Origin: Bacillus sp. NTK071
GTDB taxonomy: Bacteria; Bacillota; Bacilli; Bacillales; Guptibacillaceae
Direction: 5' to 3'
DNA length: 24,000 nucleotides
NCBI RefSeq assembly: GCF_017303315.1
Contig: NZ_JAFKOI010000002.1
Location: 131,396 to 155,395 of the forward strand
Shown here one piece after another: positions 23,487 to 24,000 of this stretch. The translations under genes were made by a program, and so were the position numbers. A model generated the notes under the pieces. It made no database searches and was not told the DNA's origin. It worked only from the letters and a program-made list of their open reading frames with translations. Numbering within the stretch: the first letter of the stretch is position 1; the number at the start of each line of letters is the position of its first letter.

Positions 23487-23533
23487 CAGAAATCCTCCTA
23501 AGAATGTACATCTTAATTCGGCTAGTTACTAAG

Positions 23534-23562
23534 ATTATTTTCCCTACTTTATCTCTTGTAAA
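23534..23562 (-). promoter_or_regulatory. Candidate sigma-A promoter for the 3-hydroxybutyrate dehydrogenase gene
   Basis: On the minus strand: TTTACA (23562-23557), a 17-nt spacer, then AATAAT (23539-23534). This is about 48 nt upstream of the ATG. Confidence 0.4.
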
Positions 23563-23634
23563 CCTGAAAATCCTTTGTGATTCAGTACTTATAAAAGGCA
23601 CTTTTGGAGTTATTGCCTCTTTATTTTTGGTATT

Positions 23635-23666
23635 TAAAAACCGGAGCTTAATTTCGCTCCGGTTTA
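23635..23666 (-). terminator. Rho-independent terminator of the partial ORF at the right edge
   Basis: A 10-bp stem (aaaccggagc / gctccggttt) with an 8-nt loop. The minus strand then reads a run of five T. It begins 2 nt after the TAG stop. Confidence 0.6.
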
Positions 23667-23667
23667 A

Positions 23668-24000
23668 CTAATCAACCATTTCATCTTTAGAAGCTTCTCT
23701 ATTCTTCAAAGAGCCAAGCTCTTTCCCTAGAATAAGAAGAGATTGATTAATGCGCCATACATAATAAAGATCGTTCACAAAAGTTTTCACTTCAAGATCT
23801 TCATCTGTTAGATCTTCAGATAACCCTTCAATCTGTTCACGTTCTTTATTTAAATGATACATAATAAGACCCGGCTCACCTTTTAAGAGGCTTAACAATG
23901 TTTCAATATTATGCTTAATCACTCGATTAACGTGTTTCAAGGTGTCTTCTGTACCACCAATGATTCGAATGTGGTTATTTCTGTTTGTTGAAGCAAGCAA
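23668..24000 (-). CDS. Hypothetical protein, C-terminal 110 codons; the gene extends beyond the right edge
   Basis: The reading frame is open to the window edge, so the TTG at 24000 is probably not the real start. The sequence is helical and acidic (…LTDEDLEVKTFVNDLYYVWRINQSLLILGKEL…). No family recognised. Confidence 0.55.
   Translation of the reverse strand: MLASTNRNNHIRIIGGTEDTLKHVNRVIKHNIETLLSLLKGEPGLIMYHLNKEREQIEGLSEDLTDEDLEVKTFVNDLYYVWRINQSLLILGKELGSLKNREASKDEMVD

Noticed and set aside
689-23532. Many 60-150 aa ORFs in the track lie antisense to, or out of frame within, the large genes. They are 689-910, 785-1018, 1615-1851, 2418-2642, 2606-2800, 2990-3202, 4037-4345, 4233-4466, 6670-6924, 8478-8750, 9750-10091, 10119-10313, 10893-11177, 11690-11935, 11942-12175, 13197-13451, 13583-13801, 13791-13979, 14572-14844, 15016-15219, 15824-16081, 16196-16381, 16959-17180, 17759-18205, 18369-18611, 18473-18706, 19502-19738, 19981-20193, 20201-20497, 22993-23214, 23097-23387 and 23335-23532.
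   Set aside because: Each is fully or largely embedded in a longer ORF that has clear family motifs and an RBS. Their translations are low-complexity or Ser/Ile/Phe-rich, as expected for antisense frames of AT-rich genes. None has a convincing Shine-Dalgarno sequence.
23557-23570. A cre-like sequence, TGTAAACCTGAAAA, overlapping the candidate -35 of the 3-hydroxybutyrate dehydrogenase promoter.
   Set aside because: It has three mismatches to TGWAANCGNTNWCA, including the central CG dinucleotide. It is much weaker than the perfect site at 5101-5115.
23597-23617. GGCAC....TTGCC strings that at first looked like a sigma-54 -24/-12 promoter. I looked because ketone and branched-chain catabolic operons are often sigma-54 dependent in Bacilli.
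   Set aside because: The spacing between GGCAC and TTGC is about 11 nt instead of 5. The orientation is plus strand, while both flanking genes are on the minus strand. I saw no sigma-54 activator gene in the window, although the partial ORF at 23668-24000 could not be identified. Similar searches upstream of the thiolase operon (4963-5122) found nothing better.
1-24000. A scan of the whole window for CRISPR repeats, IS or transposase ORFs, integrases, phage genes, toxin-antitoxin pairs, restriction-modification or other defence genes, and tRNA/rRNA.
   Set aside because: I found no direct repeat arrays, terminal inverted repeats, recombinase-like ORFs or structured RNA genes. All large ORFs are accounted for by metabolic, transport, regulatory or envelope functions.

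Overview
The window looks like chromosomal DNA from a low-GC Firmicute, probably Bacillaceae. The evidence is AGGAGG-type RBSs, hairpin plus T-tract terminators, and by-eye similarity to B. subtilis NudF and ScoA. It is densely coding, and I saw no rRNA, tRNA, CRISPR array, transposase or integrase.

Gene content, left to right:
- nudF (5' part), a 52-aa ORF, a pncA-like nicotinamidase and an aldo/keto reductase.
- A ketone-body/HMG-CoA module: thiolase-scoA-scoB, divergent from HMG-CoA lyase. A perfect CcpA cre box lies between them.
- A PadR regulator operon (padR, a HesB-like 104-aa ORF, an unlisted 53-aa membrane ORF), divergent from a solitary 1029-aa RND pump. An ATGT-N8-ACAT PadR-type operator sits just before the pump RBS.
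- A tightly packed eight-gene minus-strand operon (10463-18177).
- A sortase-type surface protein built from two tandem His-rich helical repeats.
- Three GNAT acetyltransferases, a LysE exporter, 3-hydroxybutyrate dehydrogenase and a partial unknown ORF.

The best candidate for an undescribed system is the eight-gene operon. It joins a YnjBCD-like ABC importer to a TVP38/TMEM64 (DedA-superfamily) protein, a minimal YnjF-like CDP-alcohol phosphatidyltransferase and two flavoprotein oxidoreductases. As I recall it, the same three core families co-localise in the uncharacterised E. coli ydjXYZ-ynjABCDEF region.

All family assignments come from reading motifs by eye and from memory of homologs. 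No searches were run.
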